A stretch of 64,000 nucleotides of DNA. Source: Bdellovibrionales bacterium (lineage in GTDB: Bacteria > Bdellovibrionota > Bdellovibrionia > Bdellovibrionales > DASUEL01). Positions 38,609 through 47,902 of this stretch are shown piece after piece. The notes under the pieces are model-generated. The model was not told the origin of the DNA. It was given only the letters and a program-made list of their open reading frames with translations, and did no database searches. The position numbers were made by a program, and so were the translations under genes. The DNA lies in contig JBFWOZ010000005.1 in the NCBI GenBank assembly GCA_050250255.1, positions 41,854 through 105,853 on the forward strand, read 5' to 3'. Position 1 is the first letter of the stretch. Each line of letters starts with the position of its first letter.

Positions 38609-39916
38609 ATGAAAATTACAGTCATTGGCACTGGCTATGTAGGACTTGTTGCGGGAGTCTGCTTTGCAGATGCTGGGCATAGCGTCATTTGCGTTGATAA
38701 GGATCCTTCCAAAGTTTCCTCCCTTCGTGAGGGCCAGATTCCTATTTATGAACCGGGACTTGAAGAGATTATGGAAGGTGCGATTAAACGAAAACGCATT
38801 CAATTCACTACCGATTTAGCGCAAGGAGTGAGTGAGAGTTCCGTTATTTTTATTGCTGTAGGAACTCCCGAAGGACCTAATGGAGATGCCGAAATGGGTC
38901 CCCTCATGGGTGTGGTTGAGCAAATCAGCCAATCTGCACGAGATAAAAAGTATGTTGTTTTAAAGAGCACCGTTCCGGTAGGCACCGCTAAATTAGTTCA
39001 AACTCTTTTCGACCAAAAATCAAAGTTTTCTGTGGAAGTGATCAATAATCCCGAGTTTTTAAAAGAAGGCGCCGCCATCGATGACTTCTTAAAACCTGAT
39101 CGCGTTGTCATCGGCTGTCGTACAGAAGAAGCTAAGCAAATTATGCAGGAGCTCTACGACCCGTTTTTAAAAAATGGAAACCCCATCTTCTTTATGGATA
39201 ACGCTTCTGCAGAACTCACAAAATATGCGGCAAATGCATTTTTGTCGGTCAAAATTAGCTTCATTAATGAACTCGCACAACTGGCAGACAAAGTAGGAGC
39301 CGATATCAATCAAGTTCGCAAAGGTTTCACCTCTGATTCTCGTATCAACCCTGCTTTCTTTTACCCAGGTATCGGTTACGGCGGAAGTTGCTTTCCGAAA
39401 GATGTAAAAGCTCTCGTACGTACAGGCCAAAAAAATGATGTGGCAATGAAAATTGTTGCTTCCGCCGACGAAGTCAATTTTGAACAGCGTGAAGTATTGT
39501 TTCAAAAAATTAAAAAACATTTTGGTGATCTCAAAGGCAAACAAATCGCCCTCTGGGGTTTAAGCTTTAAACCACGTACCGATGATGTTCGCGAAGCCCC
39601 GGCTCTGGATCTCATCAGCAAACTCTCTCAAGCGGGCGCACAGATTTGCGCCTTCGATCCCGTAGCGTCGGAGAATGCGCAAAAAGCTTCTGACGTGAAA
39701 TTTCAGGTCGCTTCTTCCGCGATGGAAGCTGTGGAAAATGCCGATGCACTTGTGGTTGTGACTGAATGGAATGAATTCCGTAATCCTAATTTAGAAGATT
39801 TGAAAAAGAAGCTGAAACAAGCGGTCATATTTGATGGTCGCAACATTTTTGAACCTGCGCGCATGAAACAAGCGGGTTTTAAATATTACTGTTTTGGTCG
39901 AGAAAGTTTGAGTTAA
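38609..39916 (+). CDS. ugd: UDP-glucose 6-dehydrogenase
   Basis: IGTGYVGL, IAVGTP, KSTVPVGT, NPEFLKEG, GYGGSCFPKD, FKPRTDDVRE. Confidence 0.95.
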   Translation: MKITVIGTGYVGLVAGVCFADAGHSVICVDKDPSKVSSLREGQIPIYEPGLEEIMEGAIKRKRIQFTTDLAQGVSESSVIFIAVGTPEGPNGDAEMGPLMGVVEQISQSARDKKYVVLKSTVPVGTAKLVQTLFDQKSKFSVEVINNPEFLKEGAAIDDFLKPDRVVIGCRTEEAKQIMQELYDPFLKNGNPIFFMDNASAELTKYAANAFLSVKISFINELAQLADKVGADINQVRKGFTSDSRINPAFFYPGIGYGGSCFPKDVKALVRTGQKNDVAMKIVASADEVNFEQREVLFQKIKKHFGDLKGKQIALWGLSFKPRTDDVREAPALDLISKLSQAGAQICAFDPVASENAQKASDVKFQVASSAMEAVENADALVVVTEWNEFRNPNLEDLKKKLKQAVIFDGRNIFEPARMKQAGFKYYCFGRESLS

Positions 39917-39918
39917 CT

Positions 39919-40851
39919 ATGTCGAAAAAAAAAGCTCTCGTTGCCGGCGGTGCCGGATTCATCGGCAGCCATCTCTGTGAATACCTTCTTTCAAAAAATT
40001 ATGACGTACATGCACTCGATAATTTGGTCACCGGCCGAAAAGAGAACATTCAGCATTTAATTGTAAAGGGATTGCAATTTCATCAGCTGAATTTGATTGA
40101 GCCTTTTGATTTAAATGTCACCTTTGACGAAATTTATAATTTAGCCTCCCCCGCAAGCCCCGTGGATTTTGCAAAAATGCCTCTCTTTATTTTGCAGACT
40201 TCTAGTGTAGGTCATTTGCGTCTACTTGATCTTGCAAAAAAAATGAATGCACGGATTTTGATCGCCAGCACGAGCGAAGTTTATGGCGATCCCATCGAAC
40301 ATCCGCAAACTGAGGAATACTGGGGAAATGTGAATCCCATTGGTCCACGTAGCTGCTATGATGAGGCGAAACGTTTTGCTGAAGCTTTGAGCATGGCCCA
40401 CTTCCGTACAGAAAAAACGCAAATACGTATTATCCGTATCTTCAACACCTACGGGCCACGTATGCGTCCTGATGATGGCCGCATTATCCCGAACTTCTTC
40501 ATGCAAGCTTTGAAAAAGCAACCACTCACTATTTACGGAGATGGGACGCAAACGAGAAGTTTCTGCTACGTTTCGGATATGGTGGAAGGCATGTACGCAC
40601 TCATGCAGAGCATGGTCACCACGCCCGTCAACATTGGTAATCCTTCGGAGAAAAGTGTTGCGGAGATTGCAGATGAGATCAATCGACTCACCGGCAACAC
40701 TCAAGAACATATTTTCTTGCCATTACCAGAGGATGATCCACGAAGACGTTGGCCCCAAATCGATAAAGCAAAAAAACTTTTGAAATGGGAGCCGCGTGTG
40801 GATTTAGCCGAAGGCCTCGAAAAGACCCTCGCATTTTTCAAAACAATCTAA
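39919..40851 (+). CDS. UDP-glucuronate decarboxylase (UDP-xylose synthase)-like SDR
   Basis: GGAGFIGSHL, NLASPASP, ASTSEVYGDP, YWGNVNPIGPRSCYDEAKR, DDPRRR. Confidence 0.92.
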   Translation: MSKKKALVAGGAGFIGSHLCEYLLSKNYDVHALDNLVTGRKENIQHLIVKGLQFHQLNLIEPFDLNVTFDEIYNLASPASPVDFAKMPLFILQTSSVGHLRLLDLAKKMNARILIASTSEVYGDPIEHPQTEEYWGNVNPIGPRSCYDEAKRFAEALSMAHFRTEKTQIRIIRIFNTYGPRMRPDDGRIIPNFFMQALKKQPLTIYGDGTQTRSFCYVSDMVEGMYALMQSMVTTPVNIGNPSEKSVAEIADEINRLTGNTQEHIFLPLPEDDPRRRWPQIDKAKKLLKWEPRVDLAEGLEKTLAFFKTI

Positions 40852-40860
40852 AGTCGCTGA

Positions 40861-40977
40861 GTCGTTCGAAAATAGGTTAGATGCTAGGCGCGAGGGAGTG
40901 AGCGCGGAGACATACTTCCTGTATGTCGCACAAGCGAATGACTGAGCAACGACGCAGATAGCCTATTTGCGGACGAC
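40861..40977. mobile_element. MITE-like element (about 117 bp) with imperfect 24-bp terminal inverted repeats
   Basis: GTCGTTCGAAAATAGGTTAGATGC ... GCAGATAGCCTATTTGCGGACGAC; central hairpin GACATAC-TTCCT-GTATGTC; fills the gap between two convergent stop codons. Confidence 0.75.
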
Positions 40978-40978
40978 G

Positions 40979-42385
40979 TCAGTAAGCGTGAGGCGACACG
41001 AAACCTTTAAAGATCGTCAAGAATAAGATTTTGATATCAAGCCACAATGACCAATGTGTGATGTAGTAAAGATCGTGTTCGATGCGTGCTTGGAGACTCG
41101 TATTCCCGCGAAGGCCATTGATCTGAGCCCATCCGGTCATACCTGCCTTCACCTTGTGACGAAGCATGTAGCCTGGAATTTCTTTTTTAAATTTTTCGAC
41201 GAAAACAGGACGTTCTGGCCGCGGCCCCACGCAACTCATTTCGCCTTTTAAAACGTTGAAAAGCTGCGGAAGTTCATCAAGTGATGTTTTACGAGTGAGC
41301 TTTCCAATCCAGGTCACTCGATCATCATTTTGCGCGGCCCATACGGCTCCACTTTTAGATTCCGCATCGATTCGCATACTACGAAACTTGATCATGAAGA
41401 AAGTTTGTCCATCAAGCCCCATGCGTTCTTGATAATAAAAAATCGGTCCACGAGAACTTAATTTAATTGCCAGAGTGATAAAAAGCATGACCGGCGAAAA
41501 GAGAGTCAGTGCGAGAGATCCAAAAACAATATCACTAATACGTTTTAAAACAGCATTCCAACCTAAGATAGGACTTTGATTCAAACTTAAAAGCGGAAGA
41601 CCGTCAAACTCCTCGACTTCAAAGCCAAGGATGGAATACTGACTGATATCGGGAACAATTTTGATATCGATATTGAGGTTCATGAGAGAATTAAGGATGG
41701 AATCCATTCGACTGGCATCTTCGTTTCTCAAACAAATGGAAACGTAATTCGCTCCCAACTTTTGAGCGATAGACTCTAATTCCTCGGTCGTTCCCAGCAC
41801 TTCATTTTTTTGCCAACCAGCTAAATTGGAGTTAGAACCTACCGGAACAATTCCCAATACTTGAATGCCAAGTTCATGGTTCTCGATCATGCGTTTTTTC
41901 ATCGCGAGCGCCAGCTGCGGATCACCCACTAACAATAAATAGCGTTGATTCAACCCACGCCGACGAAGAAACTTTAGCCCTCCACGAAGCAAAGAGCGGC
42001 TCGCACAAAGACCAAAAATCGCAAAGACGAAAAAGAGAAACATGACCCAGCGGGAGAGTTCCTCACGGGCAGTAAAGTGGGAGTAAGTGACAAATACGAG
42101 AAATCCAATAGCCGAAGCCTTGATCAGGGTAAAAAGCTCGGCTCCGAAGGTCTCCATACGCCAACTTTTATAGGCGCCAGAAAGTTGTAAACCCAAATAC
42201 CAGACAAACATGATGAGTAAAGTGGCATTGAGATAGCTATCAAAAGGTGCAATCTCAACTTGCGGGATTCCGTCGATAGGTTGGTAAAAGCGCACATAGT
42301 AGGCCAAAAGCCAGCAGAGACCCACCACAAGGGCATCGCTCAACTGAAATAAAAGCCGAAAAAATCGGTGATGGGTTCTGAGCAT
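40979..42385 (-). CDS. Undecaprenyl-phosphate glucose phosphotransferase (WcaJ/PssA family)
   Basis: Four N-terminal TMs; KRISDI, KFRSM, RKTSLDELPQLFNVLKGEMS.VGPRPE, GMTGWAQING.RG, DLYYI. Confidence 0.93.
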   Translation of the reverse strand: MLRTHHRFFRLLFQLSDALVVGLCWLLAYYVRFYQPIDGIPQVEIAPFDSYLNATLLIMFVWYLGLQLSGAYKSWRMETFGAELFTLIKASAIGFLVFVTYSHFTAREELSRWVMFLFFVFAIFGLCASRSLLRGGLKFLRRRGLNQRYLLLVGDPQLALAMKKRMIENHELGIQVLGIVPVGSNSNLAGWQKNEVLGTTEELESIAQKLGANYVSICLRNEDASRMDSILNSLMNLNIDIKIVPDISQYSILGFEVEEFDGLPLLSLNQSPILGWNAVLKRISDIVFGSLALTLFSPVMLFITLAIKLSSRGPIFYYQERMGLDGQTFFMIKFRSMRIDAESKSGAVWAAQNDDRVTWIGKLTRKTSLDELPQLFNVLKGEMSCVGPRPERPVFVEKFKKEIPGYMLRHKVKAGMTGWAQINGLRGNTSLQARIEHDLYYITHWSLWLDIKILFLTIFKGFVSPHAY

Positions 42386-42465
42386 GAATCTCCTGTGTAT
42401 GCTTGAGGTCTTGTTTTACCTCTTTCCTTTATTGAGAGCAACAGACCTTTAAGGTATGTAAAGGT

Positions 42466-43602
42466 ATGGAAACGCTGTTAAAAGGTAAAAAAGTGGCCAT
42501 TGTCCACGACTGGATGACGGGCTATCGCGGAGGAGAAAAAGTGCTCTCCGAAATCGCCGCCCTGTTCCCCGATGCCCCTATTTATACCCTCGTGCACAAA
42601 AAAAACTCCACAAGTCGTGATCTCGAAGCCCGAAACATCCGTACGGGCCTCATTAACAAACTTCCTTTTGGTCAAAAATACTATCGCCACTATTTGCCGT
42701 TCTTCCCACTCGCCGCCGAAACTCTTTTACCTCGAGGATTTGACGTGGTGATTTCTACCTCACACGCGGTTGCAAAATCTATCAATACTCGAGGAGCCGC
42801 TCACTGGTGCTATATTCACTCGCCCATGAGATATGTTTGGGATCGCTTTGATGATTATTTTGGAGCGGATATTGTAGGCGCGCTCCCCTCGAAATTATTT
42901 TTTAAACCTATCGCCCATGCTCTTAGCTTTTACGATCGTAAAACGGCCAATCGTGTAGATCAATTCGTCGCCAATTCACGGTTTGTCGCCACACGTGTGC
43001 GAGATTACTATTCCAGAGATTCTGAAGTCATTCATCCACCAGTGAATGTCGAACGCTATCGTTCTTTAGAAAGGAAGCCTGAAGATTTTTATCTGTTCTT
43101 CTCGGCCCTTGTCCCCTACAAAAAAGCAGATCACGCGATTCTTGCCTGCCAAAAACTTGGGAGAAAACTTGTGATTCTTGGCGATGGACCCGAGAAAGAA
43201 AAACTTCAGAAATTAGCGGCGGGAGCTCAGGTCGAGTTCATGGATGCGAGCTCCGACCAAGTCATCGAAGATTTGATGAGTCGAGCAAAGGCGTTTCTCT
43301 TTCCCGCAATTGAAGATTTTGGAATTGCGCCCGTGGAAGCTACGGCGGCGGGCCTTCCCATCATAGGACTCGCTCAAGGTGGACTCCTCGATAGCCAAAG
43401 TGATGAAACTTGCGTGTTTTACGCAGAACAGACCGTCGATGCTTTAGCGGATGCCATTTTGAAATTTGAAAAAGAAGCAAACCGGTTTGATCGTGAGAAA
43501 ATGTGGAAACAATGTCAGAAATTTGCCCCAGAACGTTTTCGTCAGAAAGTAACTGATTCACTACGCAGCTTTGAAAAGAATCATTTTAAAAATTTAAGAT
43601 AG
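42466..43602 (+). CDS. Glycosyltransferase family 4
   Basis: AIVHDWMTGYRGGEKV, YIHSPMRY.WD, LVPYKK, EDFGIAPVEA. Confidence 0.93.
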   Translation: METLLKGKKVAIVHDWMTGYRGGEKVLSEIAALFPDAPIYTLVHKKNSTSRDLEARNIRTGLINKLPFGQKYYRHYLPFFPLAAETLLPRGFDVVISTSHAVAKSINTRGAAHWCYIHSPMRYVWDRFDDYFGADIVGALPSKLFFKPIAHALSFYDRKTANRVDQFVANSRFVATRVRDYYSRDSEVIHPPVNVERYRSLERKPEDFYLFFSALVPYKKADHAILACQKLGRKLVILGDGPEKEKLQKLAAGAQVEFMDASSDQVIEDLMSRAKAFLFPAIEDFGIAPVEATAAGLPIIGLAQGGLLDSQSDETCVFYAEQTVDALADAILKFEKEANRFDREKMWKQCQKFAPERFRQKVTDSLRSFEKNHFKNLR

Positions 43603-43670
43603 TTGAAAGAACCTCGTAAGAATCTTTCGTATCCACAGAGAGCCTAACGAAAGCTCAAACTGGGGTGAAA

Positions 43671-44027
43671 CTATCGGGTGCTTGGCCCTGGAGGAGTGAC
43701 ATCGTGGTCTGCGCTTTGGACACAAACGATAAGATCTTTTTTCTCAGCATCAAACCATCTGGAAACTGTACCCAAAGGGCATTCTAATTTCGGGTGAATG
43801 AATGTGCAGTTCTCCGTATTGATAGCAACCTTCTTGGCTTCAGAAACATTTTTCAAGCCTTTGCATCCTATTTTTTCTAACGTTTTAGTAGCCTCCGCCT
43901 GTTTCTGCTGTGCTTGTTTCGTGGTCGTCGCGGATGGCAACTCTAAAACCAATGTCTCACTAGAACGTGCGCTCACTACGAGAGACCCCAGAAAAATCAT
44001 CGTGAAAATAAAAAATTTGGTCATCAT
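43671..44027 (-). CDS. Small secreted hypothetical protein with 4 Cys
   Basis: AGGGG RBS, signal peptide, four cysteines. Confidence 0.7.
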   Translation of the reverse strand: MMTKFFIFTMIFLGSLVVSARSSETLVLELPSATTTKQAQQKQAEATKTLEKIGCKGLKNVSEAKKVAINTENCTFIHPKLECPLGTVSRWFDAEKKDLIVCVQSADHDVTPPGPSTR

Positions 44028-44120
44028 TCACCCCTTTTACTCATTCTAGTTTAACGCAAATCCCTGAAGAATCCTAAAAAGTTATCACGTAAGGCCTGCT
44101 CTAAAGGAGCGGCGTACCTT

Positions 44121-45116
44121 TTACTCCCCGTTTTGCAGCTTAAGAAGCTGAGCATGGGCCGTCAGTAAATGTTTTTCGAGATCTGGATTGAGAAGCTCGA
44201 GCGAGATCAGCACGAGTCCTCGAAGGGTTTCTGGAGGAAGGCCTTGGGATTCGTAGTATTTGAAGAATTCAAATCCGCCCCATCGGCATCCACTGGTAGT
44301 TTCTAATCGTTTTTCTTGGCCGGGAGGTAAGAGTTTTATTTTTAAGTGTTGAGCGAGTTCTTGTATGAACGCTTCGCCGTCGACGTCTTCAAATACAATC
44401 GCCGCCCGATCAAACAATCGCGATTTCCCCGAGGTAAAAAAGGGCTTAGAACCAGCAAGTTTTTTAGATTCGAAATCTTCCACTAATTTTTTGTTCTCTG
44501 TCACTTTTGAATATAGCTCCAGCTTCTCTAGATCGAGAGCGCGAACCCACTCTGACAGGCCTGCAATCATGGGCGGGAGCCTAGAGCACTTAGCTCCAAG
44601 TCTTGCCACCGAAATACGATCCGATACATTCATAAAGTAAGCTGCAAACTGATGAATCGGCGGAACCTCTCTGCACAAATGAATTCCATGAAATACGGAG
44701 AGAGTAAAAATCTTCTTATTCGCAAGTTCGGCTCTTAACTTCTCAAGCCCAAAAATTTCTCCCGTCATCGGATCGTCAATCACATCCAGAAATAGAAGAC
44801 AATCTTTGCTCAACTTTGAGAGCCAATCATCCATATTCCCAATATCTTTTACGTCGAGTGGCTCACCCTGCACGCCTTCAATCGAAAGACTCTGCACGAT
44901 GGGATCAAAGTTCAATCCTGCACCTCTTAAATAAGCGAATTTTCTTTTGTGGGGATACATGCGTATGAGTCCGCGTGCGATCTCGTTCAAACCGGTGGAA
45001 AGATCAGGGTAGGCGCGGAGGGTTTCGACCGAGGTGCCCGGCTGAATCCCTAAAGAGGATACGAGTTTTTTTTCAAACTCCTGAAGACGCTCCTCAGGGG
45101 GAAAGGGGAACTTCAT
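44121..45116 (-). CDS. Divergent class-V aminotransferase / IscS-fold-like protein
   Basis: C-terminal RLFDRAAIVFEDVDGEAFIQEL...ETTSGC...PETLRGLVLISL resembles IscS RLP..LNVSF..VEGE.L...SSGSAC...HSSIRFSL; no SxHK PLP-lysine motif visible. Confidence 0.5.
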   Translation of the reverse strand: MKFPFPPEERLQEFEKKLVSSLGIQPGTSVETLRAYPDLSTGLNEIARGLIRMYPHKRKFAYLRGAGLNFDPIVQSLSIEGVQGEPLDVKDIGNMDDWLSKLSKDCLLFLDVIDDPMTGEIFGLEKLRAELANKKIFTLSVFHGIHLCREVPPIHQFAAYFMNVSDRISVARLGAKCSRLPPMIAGLSEWVRALDLEKLELYSKVTENKKLVEDFESKKLAGSKPFFTSGKSRLFDRAAIVFEDVDGEAFIQELAQHLKIKLLPPGQEKRLETTSGCRWGGFEFFKYYESQGLPPETLRGLVLISLELLNPDLEKHLLTAHAQLLKLQNGE

Positions 45117-45564
45117 GAGTCACTCCCGCTCGCATAGATCTTGGTACATGCACGAGATCTATAACGAGATTTTTTGTTTGGAATTCGGGGTACACAAAGT
45201 TTTTAGCAAAACCTAAAGATTCCGTAGGACAATTGGTCACGCAAATTCCACACATCACACAGCTATTGTAATCCACTTTAAAGCTTTCAATCTCTCGCTC
45301 AAACGGAACACCCTTCGATGTGCTCGGACGACGAATGCTCGAAGAATACTCAAAACCTTGAATTTGGATCGCATTCATTGGGCAGATCGCTTCGCACTTA
45401 AGACATCCCGTACATTCTTTGAAATTATTTTTGATACTCGCACGGGCCGCGCCAGGAAGAGACTTCACCACAAAAGGGTACTCCACCGTAAATGGCGGAA
45501 TTAAAAAAGTTCGGTAAATATGGCCGAACAAAAATCTGAGATGGTTAATTAATAACTTCCACAT
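45094..45564 (-). CDS. NuoI-like 2x[4Fe-4S] ferredoxin (second copy)
   Basis: TVEYP; CTGCLKCEAICP and CVMCGICVTNCP motifs; F.VDY..C as in NuoI. Confidence 0.88.
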   Translation of the reverse strand: MWKLLINHLRFLFGHIYRTFLIPPFTVEYPFVVKSLPGAARASIKNNFKECTGCLKCEAICPMNAIQIQGFEYSSSIRRPSTSKGVPFEREIESFKVDYNSCVMCGICVTNCPTESLGFAKNFVYPEFQTKNLVIDLVHVPRSMRAGVTHEVPLSP

Positions 45565-46628
45565 AGGTCCGACTGTCCAAACTCGATGCCAAGGCTTGCA
45601 ACGGCAAGCTCATAATCATCGACGTAAAGGTCTACACACAGTTTTTCAACGATTCCTACCATTCTCATCGAATGGCTTGTGAGCCGCAATTGATTTTCGC
45701 AAGAAGTCCCATACAGAGGTCCAGATCCTGACTCCACACCCACATTCCAATAACCTGCGGGAGCAACAAGCTTTGGATCTACATCTACGCGTACAGGGCC
45801 CTCAACAATTTTATCTAAGCAGAATTCTAGAATTTCCAGAGATTGGCGAATTTGAAAAAAGACGGAACGTACCCGAGTCACACCGTCCCCTTGAACTTCA
45901 CGAAACATTTTAGCTTCAAACCAATCGGTCGTACTTTGATAATCAAAATAATGAAGATCACATTTATCATAAACGCCGTAGGGAGCATGAATACGCAAAT
46001 CATGCTTCAATCCTGAAGCTTGCCCCAGTGGACCTAAAAAGGCGTAAGCAACCGCTTGTTCTTGCGTTAAAGGAAGTAGACCTACAAGTCTTTGTAAAAC
46101 AAGCTGGTCTCTGGAGAGATCTTTAAAATAAAGTCTCAATTCGTATTCTAGGTTACGAATTAGGCTCTTCATCTTTTTTCTTTCTCCAATAGAAAGATCA
46201 CGATCAATTCCGCCAATACAAAAAGTTTGGGGAAGAATGCGTGAGCCAGTGAGAAACTCTTGTCCTTCAAAAATTTGCTCACGCAGTCGATAAAGTTGCT
46301 GCGTACGAATAGGGTCATCAATCGCTTTAAAGATACGGATCAGATATTGAAAACACCATGCGAGTCTTTGAACTTCCGCATAAATCGTTCGGAGATACTC
46401 TGCTCGTTCAGGGACTTGGATTTTGTGAGCTTTTTCAAGGGCCGCCGCAAGCACCCACTCAGAGGAAATCGCTTCAAAAGGTGAAAACCGATCCGCCCAC
46501 TTGACAGACATCGCAATAGGCATGCGGTCCAATGTTTTCCATAGCGGTCTGTTCTCTGATCCCCAGGAAATTTCTACGCTCTTAATACGATCACCATTGT
46601 AGGTGATTTCTGAACGTTCGTTTAACAT
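45549..46628 (-). CDS. NuoD-like (49-kDa subunit / group-4 hydrogenase large-subunit fold) protein, divergent
   Basis: IQVPERAEYLRTIYAEVQRL, LRE.I....E.LTGSR......IGGI..DL, GPLGQASG..HDLR...PYGVY, GD...R......IRQSLEI, VES..G motifs. Confidence 0.85.
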   Translation of the reverse strand: MLNERSEITYNGDRIKSVEISWGSENRPLWKTLDRMPIAMSVKWADRFSPFEAISSEWVLAAALEKAHKIQVPERAEYLRTIYAEVQRLAWCFQYLIRIFKAIDDPIRTQQLYRLREQIFEGQEFLTGSRILPQTFCIGGIDRDLSIGERKKMKSLIRNLEYELRLYFKDLSRDQLVLQRLVGLLPLTQEQAVAYAFLGPLGQASGLKHDLRIHAPYGVYDKCDLHYFDYQSTTDWFEAKMFREVQGDGVTRVRSVFFQIRQSLEILEFCLDKIVEGPVRVDVDPKLVAPAGYWNVGVESGSGPLYGTSCENQLRLTSHSMRMVGIVEKLCVDLYVDDYELAVASLGIEFGQSDLCGSY

Positions 46629-46921
46629 GTGAGCAAGTTCTCCTGAAGTCTCTTTAAAATATGGCGCTGATTATTTGTGGAGATAAAAAAAGAAAACTCT
46701 TCATCTACGCTTGCAAAATAAAAGCGAACATAGAGTCCTTTTTGCGAGAAGAAATAAGAAAGCGGAAGACTTAAGCCCTGCTCTTTGAGTTTGTCGAGCT
46801 GAGAAAAAAGACGCTCTTCTTTAATTTCATAGGCCTCGTTCCCTCTTTCCTTTTGCACGGTGAGCGCCGGATTGGGAGAAAGAACCTTGTTAATTTCTGT
46901 TAGGTCCTTTGAGGGCTTCAT
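46622..46921 (-). CDS. Short NuoC-like protein (putative)
   Basis: Lies between the NuoB' and NuoD' genes with overlapping ends; EIKEERLFSQLDKLKEQG weakly resembles the NuoC N-terminal region (compare ELKKEQVIPVLRHLKQTG in this window's NuoCD). Confidence 0.5.
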   Translation of the reverse strand: MKPSKDLTEINKVLSPNPALTVQKERGNEAYEIKEERLFSQLDKLKEQGLSLPLSYFFSQKGLYVRFYFASVDEEFSFFISTNNQRHILKRLQENLLTC

Positions 46922-47378
46922 AAATGACTTTCTTTTGATCCATTTGTGGCTTCTGTTTATTTCTTAAGGCTTGAATGGCTTCTAAAACTGCTTCCGGCCT
47001 TGGTGGGCATCCAGGTACAAAAACATCGACGGGCAAAACGTCAGAAATTTTTAAAATCTTTTCACCCGACGCAGCATACGGAGCGCCCGAAAGAGCGCAA
47101 GCCCCAACGGCAATCACCGCACGAATCCCTGAGAGTTGAAAGTAAGCACTTTTGAGTTCTTCTACGAATTGAGCATCCACCCACCCACCGACAATCATGA
47201 CGTCGGCTTCTGATGGATGTTGAGCGACATTCTCTACGCCTAATCGAGTCCAATCATAGGTCGCCGTCGAAGCGTTTTCAACTTCAAGGTTACAGCAACC
47301 CTTTACCATGACCCATGGCACATGGACTTTTCTCTCAACCGCATCAACAAGATTTTTGAGAGAAGAAAAAGTTGCCAT
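46890..47378 (-). CDS. NuoB-like [4Fe-4S] subunit (second copy)
   Basis: GCCNLE, YDWTRLG, PSEADVMIVGG, VIAVGACA.SG, LPVDVFVPGCPPRPEA; all four N2 cysteines present. Confidence 0.9.
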   Translation of the reverse strand: MATFSSLKNLVDAVERKVHVPWVMVKGCCNLEVENASTATYDWTRLGVENVAQHPSEADVMIVGGWVDAQFVEELKSAYFQLSGIRAVIAVGACALSGAPYAASGEKILKISDVLPVDVFVPGCPPRPEAVLEAIQALRNKQKPQMDQKKVIYEALKGPNRN

Positions 47379-47902
47379 TAGATCCCCGCACGATGGCGTT
47401 CGTCTTCATCAAGAACTGAAACAATTCCACCTTGAAGAGCTGGTCTGTGAGCTAAATAATCAATGCCTTTTACAAAGTTTGTTCCTGATAATCCTGGTAC
47501 TTGCCATTCAGGCCCCATACGAACTGCATCCACTGGGCATGCTTCTTCGCAGAAACCACAAAACACACAGCGGAGCATGTCGATTTCGTAAGCGATCGGA
47601 AATTTTTCAACGCTCGGGTCATTGTGCTCGCTCGCGATGATCGTAATACATTGAGCGGGACAGTTCGTCGCACATAACATACAAGCGGTACAACGAATCG
47701 ATCCGTCTTTTTTCACTGTCAAAACATGCGTGCCCTTAAAACGAGGAGAGTATTCATACTTTTCCTCTGGATAATTCAAAGTCGGCATTCCTTTTTTGTA
47801 GAAAAGGTTCACGATCAAATTTTTAAAAGTAATCACAAGCCCAACGAGAATACCGGGAATATACCATTTCGCTAAGGGACTAGGTCGCTGTACGACACTC
47901 AT
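47378..47902 (-). CDS. nuoI: NADH-quinone oxidoreductase subunit I
   Basis: TLNYPEEK, PRFKG.H, CTACMLCATNCP, IDMLRCVFCGFCEEACPVDA. Confidence 0.95.
   Translation of the reverse strand: MSVVQRPSPLAKWYIPGILVGLVITFKNLIVNLFYKKGMPTLNYPEEKYEYSPRFKGTHVLTVKKDGSIRCTACMLCATNCPAQCITIIASEHNDPSVEKFPIAYEIDMLRCVFCGFCEEACPVDAVRMGPEWQVPGLSGTNFVKGIDYLAHRPALQGGIVSVLDEDERHRAGI

Noticed and set aside
45549..46628. NuoD' as a functional [NiFe]-hydrogenase large subunit
   Set aside because: The N-terminal RxCxxC motif is absent, the C-terminus has only one Cys, and no maturation genes are in the window.
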